Source: Prochlorococcus sp. AG-409-A10
Lineage (GTDB): Bacteria > Cyanobacteriota > Cyanobacteriia > PCC-6307 > Cyanobiaceae
Assembly (NCBI GenBank): GCA_003216175.1
Contig: QCJG01000008.1
Span: forward strand, 5,166 to 69,165
Direction: 5' to 3'
Length of the DNA: 64,000 bases
The position numbers were made by a program, and so were the translations under genes. The notes under the pieces were generated by a model. It did not search any database, was not told the origin of the DNA, and was given only the letters and a program-made list of their open reading frames with translations. Positions 11,361-20,497 of the stretch are shown here, piece after piece (the first letter of the stretch is position 1; the number at the start of each line of letters is the position of its first letter).

Positions 11361-11897
11361 TTGCATTTTATGGCTTTAAATTTTCCCTTTAAAAAAACCT
11401 CATCAGGATTAGAAGATTCGATAGATAAACATGGATCTGATAATGAATTTTCTGAGGCAATGAATTTATTTAAAACCCAAAGAAAGAAATTTGGGATTTC
11501 ATTAGAGCAATTATCAAAGGATACCAAAATTTCAAAAAATGTACTAATAGCTATTGAAAATGGCTGGAAAGAAAATTTACCGGAAAAATCTTATTTAATT
11601 TCAATGATAAAAATTCTTGAGATTAAGCTAAAGTTAGAGAGAGGAAATTTAAATGGTTTATCAGCACAAAAAGTTAGTATAAATAATATACCTAGGTTTA
11701 AATTTAATTTTATAAATATAGACTTTCTGAATAGCTGGATTGGAAACTTATTGTATTTTATCTTTATGCTTATATCAATATTAGCTCTTAATAGTCAGCA
11801 AAAATATCTTATTAAAACTAATAGTGTTTCCACTGAACCTATTATTATAGAAACAACTGATATAAAAAGTGGAAATAGGATTAATAATGAAAAATGA
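11361..11897 (+). CDS. Helix-turn-helix protein with C-terminal TM, RodZ-like architecture
   Basis: RKKFGISLEQLSKDTKISKNVLIAIENG Cro/XRE-type HTH followed by one TM (WIGNLLYFIFMLISILAL). Confidence 0.7.
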   Translation: MHFMALNFPFKKTSSGLEDSIDKHGSDNEFSEAMNLFKTQRKKFGISLEQLSKDTKISKNVLIAIENGWKENLPEKSYLISMIKILEIKLKLERGNLNGLSAQKVSINNIPRFKFNFINIDFLNSWIGNLLYFIFMLISILALNSQQKYLIKTNSVSTEPIIIETTDIKSGNRINNEK

Positions 11898-11899
11898 TT

Positions 11900-13396
11900 T
11901 TACCTTTTATGAGCTTTAGCTAAATCACCATATTTTCTTAAAACTTCTTTAATGTTAAAATCATTTCTTGATAATCTCCATGACCAATTATTTTCTATTG
12001 TGCCAGGTTTATTAAATCTAGAACTATCATCAAGATTTAATAAGTCTTGCATAGGCGCTATAAATAATTTAGCTTTAGTTTCCATACCCATTTTAATTAA
12101 TTCCCAAGAATTGAAATTCTCATAGTCAATAAACCTTTCTCTAATTTGTTCTTTCCTATCTTGTTCCATTTCTCTCCACCAGCCTAGAGCAGTTGAATTA
12201 TCGTGGGTTCCTGTATAAACTATCCAATTTTCATGTTTTATGTTCTCTGGCAAATAAGGATTATCTAAATTCCCATCAAAAGCAAATTGAAGTATCTTCA
12301 TTCCTGCTAATTCATAGTCATCACGTAACTTTTCAACTTTTGATGTTATTAAACCTAAATCTTCAGCAACTAAAGGGAGCGAACCACTGCAATCTTTTTT
12401 GATTAAACCTAATATCTCTCTCCCAGGCGAAGGCAACCAAAATCCATTCTCAGCTGTTTTATCTTTACCAGGAATTGCCCAAAAAGCTTCAAGAGCACGA
12501 AAATGATCAAGACGTAAAAAATCAACCTGTTCTAGATGTCTTGAAATTCTTTTTCTCCACCATCTATATTTACTTGCTTTGTGCCTACTCCAACGATAAA
12601 CGGGGTTACCCCAAAGTTGTCCGGTCTCAGAGAAATAATCAGGAGGCACGCCACTTTGAAAGAATGTATCTGAGTTAGTTAAAATAGAAAATAATGATCG
12701 ATTACTCCATACATCAGCACTATCTTTTGAGACATAAAAAGGAACATCTCCAAATAAGAAAATTCCTAGGTTTTTTGCAAGTTTTCTAATTGATTTCCAC
12801 TGCCTGTCTAAATGCCATTGGACCAGATTATGACCTAATAATTCTTTTTGGTTTTTTCTTTTCCAATTCGCTAATTCTTTCTTATCCCGAACTACATATT
12901 TATTTGGCCATTCCCACCATGGAAGATCATTGTTCTGAATCTTTAGTTCCATGAATATGGAATGGTCATCTAACCAAAATTGTCTCGAGCACCAAGTTTC
13001 AAATTCTTCTTGAATAGTTCTATTCTGTTTTTCCCAATAATCAATCAAAGAATAACGTAAGAACTTAGATTTTGAATTAGCTAATTGAAAATCAACTTTC
13101 TTGTCAAGATAATTATTTTTATAAGAAAAATCTTCTATATTATCAGCCAAAAAGCCATCCATTACTAAATCATTCTGATCAAGGAACCATGGGTTAAAAG
13201 CAAAACTTGATGGAGAACTATAAGGAGAACCAAATGAATCAGTAGGTGCAAGAGGTAAAAATTGCCAAACTCCGATACCAGAGGAGGCAAGTTCATTAAG
13301 CCATAATCGAGCAGGTTTACCGAAACTACCGCAAACAGTACTGTCAGGTAATGAGGTTGGATGAAGAAGGATTCCTGAATTTCTTTCCAATTTCAC
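11900..13396 (-). CDS. malQ: 4-alpha-glucanotransferase (amylomaltase, GH77)
   Basis: SGILLHPTSLP, WQFLPL, SPYSSPSS, GVPPDYFSETGQLWGNP, RLDHFR, AEDLG, TGTHDN. Confidence 0.97.
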   Translation of the reverse strand: MKLERNSGILLHPTSLPDSTVCGSFGKPARLWLNELASSGIGVWQFLPLAPTDSFGSPYSSPSSFAFNPWFLDQNDLVMDGFLADNIEDFSYKNNYLDKKVDFQLANSKSKFLRYSLIDYWEKQNRTIQEEFETWCSRQFWLDDHSIFMELKIQNNDLPWWEWPNKYVVRDKKELANWKRKNQKELLGHNLVQWHLDRQWKSIRKLAKNLGIFLFGDVPFYVSKDSADVWSNRSLFSILTNSDTFFQSGVPPDYFSETGQLWGNPVYRWSRHKASKYRWWRKRISRHLEQVDFLRLDHFRALEAFWAIPGKDKTAENGFWLPSPGREILGLIKKDCSGSLPLVAEDLGLITSKVEKLRDDYELAGMKILQFAFDGNLDNPYLPENIKHENWIVYTGTHDNSTALGWWREMEQDRKEQIRERFIDYENFNSWELIKMGMETKAKLFIAPMQDLLNLDDSSRFNKPGTIENNWSWRLSRNDFNIKEVLRKYGDLAKAHKR

Positions 13397-13560
13397 TTTT
13401 TGTTATCTCTAAAAAATAGGAAAGAAATACTAATAATGCTATTTTTTTATTAAATTCAAAATCGATTTCATCGTGAGATAGAAAATCTTATTCTTAAATA
13501 TCAAAAGCAATAACTTTATAATTTTAGATCAACCGATCTAATAATAATCTAAAAATTTCT

Positions 13561-13962
13561 TTAGAAAACTAAATTTTTTCGTAAGTCAACACGAAATCCT
13601 AAATATATTTCTTGAAATAAGAGCATTATTACTTTGAAAGATTTAAAAATCTTTCAAAGTAATCCATCCACACGATTGAAATTTTGCTTGAAACTTTTAA
13701 TTTTTTCCAAACAATTCAAACTTCTAAAGACGCAAGCACCTAAATCAAGCTTTCTTAACTTTTTGTTTTCAACAAAATCACCCTTAAAAATCTTTTGGCC
13801 TTTAACTGCAGTCAAATTATTAATGTTTTCAAAAGGAAATTCTTCAAAAGAGATCTCTTTTTCTCAGCTTCCCCAAACAGAAGGTAGGACAATGGATTCC
13901 TTGTTGAAATTGGAGAATTGAATCTTATAAGAAAAAATAAAAAAAAGCTTTTCCATGATCAT
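13561..13962 (-). pseudogene. Possible decayed gene: 134-codon minus-strand frame interrupted by two TGA stops
   Basis: ATG at 13962/13956; in-frame TGA at 13864-13866 and 13654-13656; TAA at 13561-13563; middle 69-codon piece EKEISFEEFPFENINN...; no family recognised. Confidence 0.25.
13628..13663. repeat. Perfect inverted repeat, 17-bp arms with a 2-nt spacer
   Basis: ATTACTTTGAAAGATTT-AA-AAATCTTTCAAAGTAAT read directly. Confidence 0.9.
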
Positions 13963-14015
13963 GTATCAACATAAAGGTAGATTAGTGAATATTATTTCTT
14001 GCTTGCGGTGCAACC

Positions 14016-15011
14016 GTGACCAGTTTTATCACTGCAGCACATCCTGAGCCTACTAGTCTCAAGCATGACACTAATAGACTCAGATTAATTAGTGGGACAT
14101 CCAATACAGCATTAGCAAAAGAAATTGCGACTTATATGGGGATAACAAATGTTCCTCTAGTTTCGAAAAGGTTTGCAGATGGAGAGCTCTATGTTCAAAT
14201 CCAACAATCAATTAGAGGATGCGATGTTTTTCTTATACAACCAACCTGTGCTCCTGTTAATGACAGCTTAATGGAGCTGATGATCATGGTAGATGCTTGC
14301 AAAAGAGCATCTGCGAGACAAATTACAGCTGTAATTCCATACTTTGGTTACGCTAGAGCAGACAGAAAGACAGCCGGTAGAGAGTCAATAACCGCAAAAC
14401 TAACCGCAAATATTCTTGTTAAATCAGGCGTAGATAGAGTACTGGCAATGGATTTACATTCGGCACAAATTCAAGGCTATTTCGATATTCCTTGCGATCA
14501 CATATATGGTTCGCCGGTTTTAGTTGATTATCTATCAACTATGAAACTTGATGAAATTGTAGTCGTCTCTCCTGATGTAGGAGGTGTCGCCAGAGCAAGA
14601 GCTTTTGCTAAACAAATGAAAGATTCACCTTTAGCCATTATTGACAAACGTCGCTCAGGACATAATGTCGCAGAAAGCCTCACAGTTATTGGTGAAGTCT
14701 CTGGCAAAACTGCAATATTAATTGATGACATGATTGACACTGGAGGCACTATTTGCGCAGGAGCTGAATTACTTAGGAAAAAAGGTGCAAAAAAAGTTAT
14801 TGCATGTGCATCCCATGCTGTTTTCTCTCCACCTGCTTACAAGAGACTTTCAAAAGAAGGCCTTTTCGAACAAGTTATTGTCACTAATAGTATTCCTGTA
14901 CCAAATAATTTAGATTTCTCTCAATTAAAGGTTTTATCAGTTGCAAATATGCTTGGAGAAGCCATCTGGAGAATTCATGAAGAAAGTTCTGTTAGCTCAA
15001 TGTTCAGATAA
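14016..15011 (+). CDS. prs: Ribose-phosphate pyrophosphokinase
   Basis: RFADGELYVQI, PYFGYARADRK, MDLHSAQIQGYF, VSPDVGGV, DDMIDTGGT. Confidence 0.98.
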   Translation: MTSFITAAHPEPTSLKHDTNRLRLISGTSNTALAKEIATYMGITNVPLVSKRFADGELYVQIQQSIRGCDVFLIQPTCAPVNDSLMELMIMVDACKRASARQITAVIPYFGYARADRKTAGRESITAKLTANILVKSGVDRVLAMDLHSAQIQGYFDIPCDHIYGSPVLVDYLSTMKLDEIVVVSPDVGGVARARAFAKQMKDSPLAIIDKRRSGHNVAESLTVIGEVSGKTAILIDDMIDTGGTICAGAELLRKKGAKKVIACASHAVFSPPAYKRLSKEGLFEQVIVTNSIPVPNNLDFSQLKVLSVANMLGEAIWRIHEESSVSSMFR

Positions 15012-15015
15012 TTTT

Positions 15016-17643
15016 CTAAATTGATTTCAAAATAAGTTCAACTACTTCTCTAGTGTTTGAAGATATATTTGCTTTATTTATTTTTAATAATGATTTATAC
15101 ATTCCTTCCTTATTTTTCTCAACGAGAGTTTTCCATTTACTAAAAATCTTCACCATTCTTGAAGCAGTAATTGGATTAATCTTATCTACCTCTATTAATT
15201 TATCAGCCATAAATAAATACCCTTGTCCATCATTAGAATGAAATAACTCAACATTTTTACTAAAACCACCTAGAACAGCTCGTATTGCATTTGGAGCCTT
15301 CCAATCAAATTTAGAGTGTGATAGTAATTTTTCAATAACATCTATTCCTTCCTTATTCGGTCTGGATGCCTCATAAGCGAACCATGAATCTAGGACTACT
15401 GGATTTTCTTTCCAATGGGTATAAAACAAATTAGAAGCTTCTTTTGTCTCAGAGATGTCTAGCGGCTTTAATGCAAGTAGAGCTGCCCTTGCAATGGTCA
15501 TCGAAGAATGACTAATATATTCAACACATTTCTTTTGAATATTCCTATCGCCTGCAAGAGTTAAATAAGACCAAGTAGTTCCTAATAGTTTTCTTTCGCC
15601 TCTGCCCATTGGCCATTCATGATTAATATTACCTAATAAATTTTTAGATAGTATTTTTAGCTCTTGAAAAATTTCATTAGCAATTAAAACTTGTAAATTT
15701 AATGACCCTTTATATATATTTATTGGATCCACTTTTTCAAATAAAGATTCCAATTCTGCGAAACCAGGAATTGTTAAAAGAGTTGATAGGAGAAATGGTT
15801 CATAATTTTCTAAAGATTTTATGGATTGTTTAATAGCATTAATAAAACTATGTTCCAATGAAAAATTTGGTTGATTACAAAGCCTATTTTTAATGATTTC
15901 ACGCATCAGGAATTGTCCAGAATCCCATCTAGAAAAATAGTCATTATCATTTAAGAAAAGGAAAAGGTAGTCATTTATAGACAAATCAGATTCCCAATCA
16001 ACAGGTGAGGAGAAACGTCTGAAAATTGATAAAACTGGAGCTTCTTTATCACCAGGGAAAGTATTGATTTTTAGATTCTTTATATTTTTATCTAAAACAA
16101 ATAAATTATCTTCAACTATAGGTTGGTTTGGTTTTTCTCTACTATAACAAGAATAAAGAATTGGAATAACCATTTCAATATTTGAATTAGTATTATCACC
16201 ATCTTTATTCTGTTCAAAAGAAACATTTAAAATTGATTTTTTTGAATCCCAAGACTGATTTATATAAACTTTTGGTGTACCTGATTTATAATACCAATTT
16301 AGAAATTTTGTTACATCAAAAGGAACATCTTTTTCATCTAAATAGGCTCCTTTTAGTAATGAATTAACGAAATCCTCTGTTGTAGCAGCACTGCCATCAA
16401 AAGTTTTAATATAAAAATCAATACCTTTAAAAAACTTTTCTTTTCCTAGCAATAGCTCAAGCATTCTTATCAACTCAGCACCCTTTTCATATATTGTTGT
16501 TGTATAAAAATTATCAATAGCTACATACTCTTCCGGCTTAACTGAATGTGAGGTAGGGCCTTTATCTTCAGCAAATTGGTAATTCCTAAGAAATGAAACA
16601 TCTTCTATTCTCTTTAGACCTGCATGGTGAAGATCTGAAGTGAAAGATTGATCTCTAAAAACTGTCAAACCTTCTTTTAATGAAAGCTGAAACCAATCTC
16701 GACATGTAATTCTATTACCTGTCCAATTATGAAAATATTCATGTGCTATTACACTTTCAATTCTCTCTAATTCATCGTCAGTTGAAGTCTTTGAGTCAGC
16801 TAATACCAACTTTGAATTAAAAATATTTAATCCTTTATTTTCCATTGCTCCCATATTAAAATGCCTTACCGCAACGATTTTATATTCATCTAAATCATAT
16901 TCAAGACCATAAATATCTTCATCCCATTTCATTGCTTTTCTTAGAGAATTTAGAGCATGTTTCGTATATTTTTCATCTCCAGATTCAACATATATTTTAA
17001 GATCTATTAATCTTCCAGAATTTGTAACATATTTTTCAGAAACTGTGTTTAATTTACCGGCAACTAAAGCAAATAAATAGCAAGGCTTAGGGAAAGGGTC
17101 TTCCCAGATAATTTCATGTCTAAGTGGATTTCTCTTTAAATTTCCTGAGTACTTCTTATTCCCATTTGACAATAATATAGGATATAAACTTTTGTCTGCT
17201 TCTAACCTTACTGTATACTTACTTAGGACATCTGGCCTATCAGGATGATAACAAATATTTCTAAATCCTTCAGCCTCGCATTGTGAGGTTAACATTCCTG
17301 AGCTTAAATATAAGCCTTCTAATGATGTATTTATAAAAGGATTGATTTGGGATCTTATTTTTAATTCAAATTCTGACATAGGAGGTCTATCTATAATCAA
17401 ATCTGTATTGGAAAGAGAATAATCTTGTGATTTCAATTCTTTTCCATTTATTGATATTGATAATAATTTAATTTTATTACCATTAAGAATAAGCTTTGAA
17501 GATTCTTTTAACTTTGGCTTAATTATCATTAAAGCTTGAACAACAACATAATCCGTACGAATATCAAAATCTAAATATATGCTTGGTATTAGAAAAGGGT
17601 ATTCAACATAATCTGATAATCTAATAGGTTTCTGAATTGACAT
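15016..17643 (-). CDS. pepN: Aminopeptidase N (M1 family)
   Basis: SQCEAEGFR, GAMENKGLN, HEYFHNWTGNRITCRDWFQLSLKEG (HExxH-x18-E), YEKGAE. Confidence 0.97.
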   Translation of the reverse strand: MSIQKPIRLSDYVEYPFLIPSIYLDFDIRTDYVVVQALMIIKPKLKESSKLILNGNKIKLLSISINGKELKSQDYSLSNTDLIIDRPPMSEFELKIRSQINPFINTSLEGLYLSSGMLTSQCEAEGFRNICYHPDRPDVLSKYTVRLEADKSLYPILLSNGNKKYSGNLKRNPLRHEIIWEDPFPKPCYLFALVAGKLNTVSEKYVTNSGRLIDLKIYVESGDEKYTKHALNSLRKAMKWDEDIYGLEYDLDEYKIVAVRHFNMGAMENKGLNIFNSKLVLADSKTSTDDELERIESVIAHEYFHNWTGNRITCRDWFQLSLKEGLTVFRDQSFTSDLHHAGLKRIEDVSFLRNYQFAEDKGPTSHSVKPEEYVAIDNFYTTTIYEKGAELIRMLELLLGKEKFFKGIDFYIKTFDGSAATTEDFVNSLLKGAYLDEKDVPFDVTKFLNWYYKSGTPKVYINQSWDSKKSILNVSFEQNKDGDNTNSNIEMVIPILYSCYSREKPNQPIVEDNLFVLDKNIKNLKINTFPGDKEAPVLSIFRRFSSPVDWESDLSINDYLFLFLNDNDYFSRWDSGQFLMREIIKNRLCNQPNFSLEHSFINAIKQSIKSLENYEPFLLSTLLTIPGFAELESLFEKVDPINIYKGSLNLQVLIANEIFQELKILSKNLLGNINHEWPMGRGERKLLGTTWSYLTLAGDRNIQKKCVEYISHSSMTIARAALLALKPLDISETKEASNLFYTHWKENPVVLDSWFAYEASRPNKEGIDVIEKLLSHSKFDWKAPNAIRAVLGGFSKNVELFHSNDGQGYLFMADKLIEVDKINPITASRMVKIFSKWKTLVEKNKEGMYKSLLKINKANISSNTREVVELILKSI

Positions 17644-17671
17644 ATTAAATGAATTTAATTAAAAATTAAAC

Positions 17672-18133
17672 TTATTTCTTTTGGTTTAGTTGTTCAACAG
17701 TTTTTAAGAATTTTTCCTTATCTTTTTCTGGAACCATATCAGGACAATTTTTCATGGCACCATCAAGAAGTTGTAAAATCGCTCCATTATAAATATTTTT
17801 TTCTGATATTTTTTCTTTTCCTAATTCTTTAATAAGTCCACCATGTCTACTTGAAAGAAGCAATGCATAGTTTTTCGCTGCCAAGGAAATAGCCTTTGGG
17901 AATTCGACTTCAAGCTGTCTTGCCATACAGAGATAGCTAATTCCTATTTGTCTATATAAGAAAATATCTTCATCACTAGCGGGAATAAAATTAACCTCCT
18001 TTTTATCAGAGCTAATTTCTATCGGATTAGATTCTGACTTTATAGAGGAACTACAACTTGATAAAAGTATTGAAGCGACAAAAATAGACATAGCCAAGAT
18101 TGATTTTCTTGGAGATTTTTTCATTTTTCTCAA
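17672..18133 (-). CDS. Conserved picocyanobacterial hypothetical protein, predicted lipoprotein
   Basis: Basic N-terminus, hydrophobic core and LSSC lipobox; body PASDEDIFLYR...LC.AR...EFPKA...RHGG...NCPDMVP resembles a recalled Prochlorococcus/Synechococcus family. Confidence 0.65.
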   Translation of the reverse strand: MRKMKKSPRKSILAMSIFVASILLSSCSSSIKSESNPIEISSDKKEVNFIPASDEDIFLYRQIGISYLCMARQLEVEFPKAISLAAKNYALLLSSRHGGLIKELGKEKISEKNIYNGAILQLLDGAMKNCPDMVPEKDKEKFLKTVEQLNQKK

Positions 18134-18248
18134 GTGATTTTAATCTGTAAAAAACTAATGAAGCAAAAAAATTATTAAAAACTTTTTTGCTTGCAAATTA
18201 AAACTATAATATACATTCAGGTCCATCAGAATAAAATTTTTATACTGG

Positions 18249-18806
18249 TCAGTTGGGATTCTTAATCCTTATTTCATGGTGGTTTTCAACTATTTTCAAC
18301 TTATCATTTAACCAACTATAAATAGTTCTGGATCTATATTTATCTTGGTCTATTAAGCGTGTATGCTCTAATACGTGCCAATTATCGTAATTAGACTCAA
18401 AGATCAATTCGTGTTCATCAACTTGCCTAATGTTGGACATGCCTGAAGAGTCAGATAAATAAAAACAGTCACGTATGAGTTGATGGCCTTGTAATCGCGC
18501 TGTTATTTCTCCTTCCCTTTTATAGGTTGGTCTTTTAATAAAAAAATCTTTTTCATCTTCGCACCACCACTTAAACCGATAGCTTTCAAATTCCGAATCA
18601 CTCTGAATTAACTTGCTGACATCTATATACATTTCCAAATTAATAGGCTTTTCTTCATCAAAAAAATATTGTCTTTTAGATTGCCATAAACCAATATTAC
18701 GACCAAACCATCGTTTTAAATTGCTATCAAAATCAATCCTAAGTCTATCTATCCCTACTGAAGAGTTTCTAGTTCTTCCAATACCAGATGAATGAGAAAT
18801 AGCCAT
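18249..18806 (-). CDS. CpcS/CpeS-like (lipocalin-fold) phycobiliprotein lyase homolog
   Basis: WFGRNIGLWQSKR matches the FF..S.G.W.S.R start of CpcS/CpeS; LIRDCFY corresponds to LLREMGY; C-terminal E.H...R.R...EIRI pattern; manual alignment only. Confidence 0.6.
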   Translation of the reverse strand: MAISHSSGIGRTRNSSVGIDRLRIDFDSNLKRWFGRNIGLWQSKRQYFFDEEKPINLEMYIDVSKLIQSDSEFESYRFKWWCEDEKDFFIKRPTYKREGEITARLQGHQLIRDCFYLSDSSGMSNIRQVDEHELIFESNYDNWHVLEHTRLIDQDKYRSRTIYSWLNDKLKIVENHHEIRIKNPN

Positions 18807-18901
18807 TTTCTGGAACTGAGAGATTTAAAAAGTATTCATTTAATTATTAGCTAATACCTAAAATGAGTCTCATTACCTTAAGGTATGCGTAATTATTTAG
18901 A

Positions 18902-20059
18902 TTGCTCGACACTGTGAATAGTGCCGAAGCTACCGACAGGCGACAGTTAAAACTGTTGCTTGTGGCTTCTCGCCAGCATCTCTCAAGAAGAGATATTAGT
19001 TCGTTAATTCAATATCTGGAAAAAGAAGATTGTGGATTTAACGTCACTCTTGATTTCTCAGACCCTTCTGATAATCCAGAATTGCTTGAACTTTATAGAT
19101 TAGTAGCGCTTCCAGCACTAATAAAATTAGAACCTTCACCCAAACAAATCTTTGCTGGTAGTTCGATTTTTGATCAAATTAAGACTTGGGTCCCAAGATG
19201 GCAACATGAAGGGCTATTTAATCGAAAAGGACTAAATCTTAGAGCGAAAACACTTGAATCCGATCAAACGCAAAAAGAACTTCTTCTAGAGGATGATCTT
19301 CTAGTTCTTAGACAAGAAAACGAAACTCTCACTAAAAAAATACATTCGCAAGAAAGCCTCCTAAGAATGGTTGCGCATGAATTGAGAACTCCATTAACGG
19401 CTGCTGGCTTAGCTCTTCAAAGTCAAAAACTCGGACAAATTAGTATGACCAAATTTCAAGAGGTCTTGAAAAGAAGGCTGGAAGAAATCGAATTACTTTC
19501 AAAGGACCTATTAGAAGTTGGAAGTACTCGATGGGAAACTTTGTTTAATCCTCAAAAAATTGATCTTGCAAACATCTCTGCTGAAGCAATTCTAGAACTT
19601 GAAAAACATTGGCTTAAACGAAAAATAAAAATAAATACAGATATTCCATCTGATTTACCCTCTGTTTTTGCAGATCAAAGAAGAATGATGCAGGTTTTGT
19701 TAAATCTCATAGAAAATGCGCTGAAATTTTCGGAAGACAAAGGTGAAATTTTTATAACAATGCTTCACAGAACAAATCAATGGGTTGAAGTAATTGTTCG
19801 AGATAATGGGCCTGGTATCCCCCCAGAAGAACAACAAAGAATATTTGTTGATCGAGTGAGACTTCCACAAACTTCGCAAGAGACAATCGGCTTTGGCATT
19901 GGTCTTTCAGTTTGCAGAAGAATCGTTGAAGTACATGGTGGCAAAATCTGGGTGGTATCTAAACCAACGGAAGGCGCATGTTTCTACTTCACTGTTCCTG
20001 TGTGGCGTGGCCAAAATAAGGATCAACAAGCCTTGACGAGTGGCAAGGCTGACCCGTAA
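18902..20059 (+). CDS. sasA: Adaptive-response sensory histidine kinase SasA; start possibly the GTG at 18914
   Basis: N-terminal KaiB-like domain (DP...[28 protein letters not shown]), H-box [11 protein letters not shown]-box [23 protein letters not shown]. Confidence 0.92.
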   Translation: MLDTVNSAEATDRRQLKLLLVASRQHLSRRDISSLIQYLEKEDCGFNVTLDFSDPSDNPELLELYRLVALPALIKLEPSPKQIFAGSSIFDQIKTWVPRWQHEGLFNRKGLNLRAKTLESDQTQKELLLEDDLLVLRQENETLTKKIHSQESLLRMVAHELRTPLTAAGLALQSQKLGQISMTKFQEVLKRRLEEIELLSKDLLEVGSTRWETLFNPQKIDLANISAEAILELEKHWLKRKIKINTDIPSDLPSVFADQRRMMQVLLNLIENALKFSEDKGEIFITMLHRTNQWVEVIVRDNGPGIPPEEQQRIFVDRVRLPQTSQETIGFGIGLSVCRRIVEVHGGKIWVVSKPTEGACFYFTVPVWRGQNKDQQALTSGKADP

Positions 20060-20108
20060 CTTTCAGTTGTGATATCAATTACTTATTGAGTGATTTATCA
20101 CTGTATCT

Positions 20109-20181
20109 GGCCCCATCGTCTAGAGGCCTAGGACACCTCCCTTTCACGGAGGCGACAGGGGTTCGAATCCCCTTGGGGCTA
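20109..20181 (+). tRNA. trnE: tRNA-Glu (anticodon UUC)
   Basis: Acceptor GGCCCCA/TGGGGCT, anticodon arm CCTCC-CTTTCAC-GGAGG, T-arm AGGGG-TTCGAAT-CCCCT; CCA not encoded. Confidence 0.97.
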
Positions 20182-20497
20182 TAAATAACGTTTATGCACT
20201 ACCTTTTACTGGGCTAATCTAAGACCTATTAAATTTTTTATGTCTTAAATTTAATCGGAAATAGTCTATTTATAAATCCTTTACCAATGGAACATAAAAA
20301 AAACAAATTTAAAAAAATAATAATTTGATTAATTAATAAAAGTCACACAATCCTAAAACTCCTATAAGCAGCTAGATCAGATAAAAGAAAATATCTTGTG
20401 ACGGTATAAAAAGGTGAACTAATAAATTAGTAATATCAAGATAAAACAGCTAAATGTGACCTCTTATTGGTAATCTCATTTTCTAATTTAAGTTTTT

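Noticed and set aside
13634-13921. 95-aa + strand ORF from the track
   Set aside because: TTG start inside a palindrome, S/F/L/K-rich shadow-like composition, no motif; a broken minus-strand frame explains the region better, though not proven.
18161-18192. AAGCAAAAAA-N12-TTTTTTGCTT inverted repeat
   Set aside because: Mostly A/T runs; at best a weak terminator after the CpcS-like gene.
20109-20300. tRNA-Glu as a possible integration site
   Set aside because: No duplicated tRNA 3' end, integrase or foreign cargo seen downstream; petH follows after about 315 bp.
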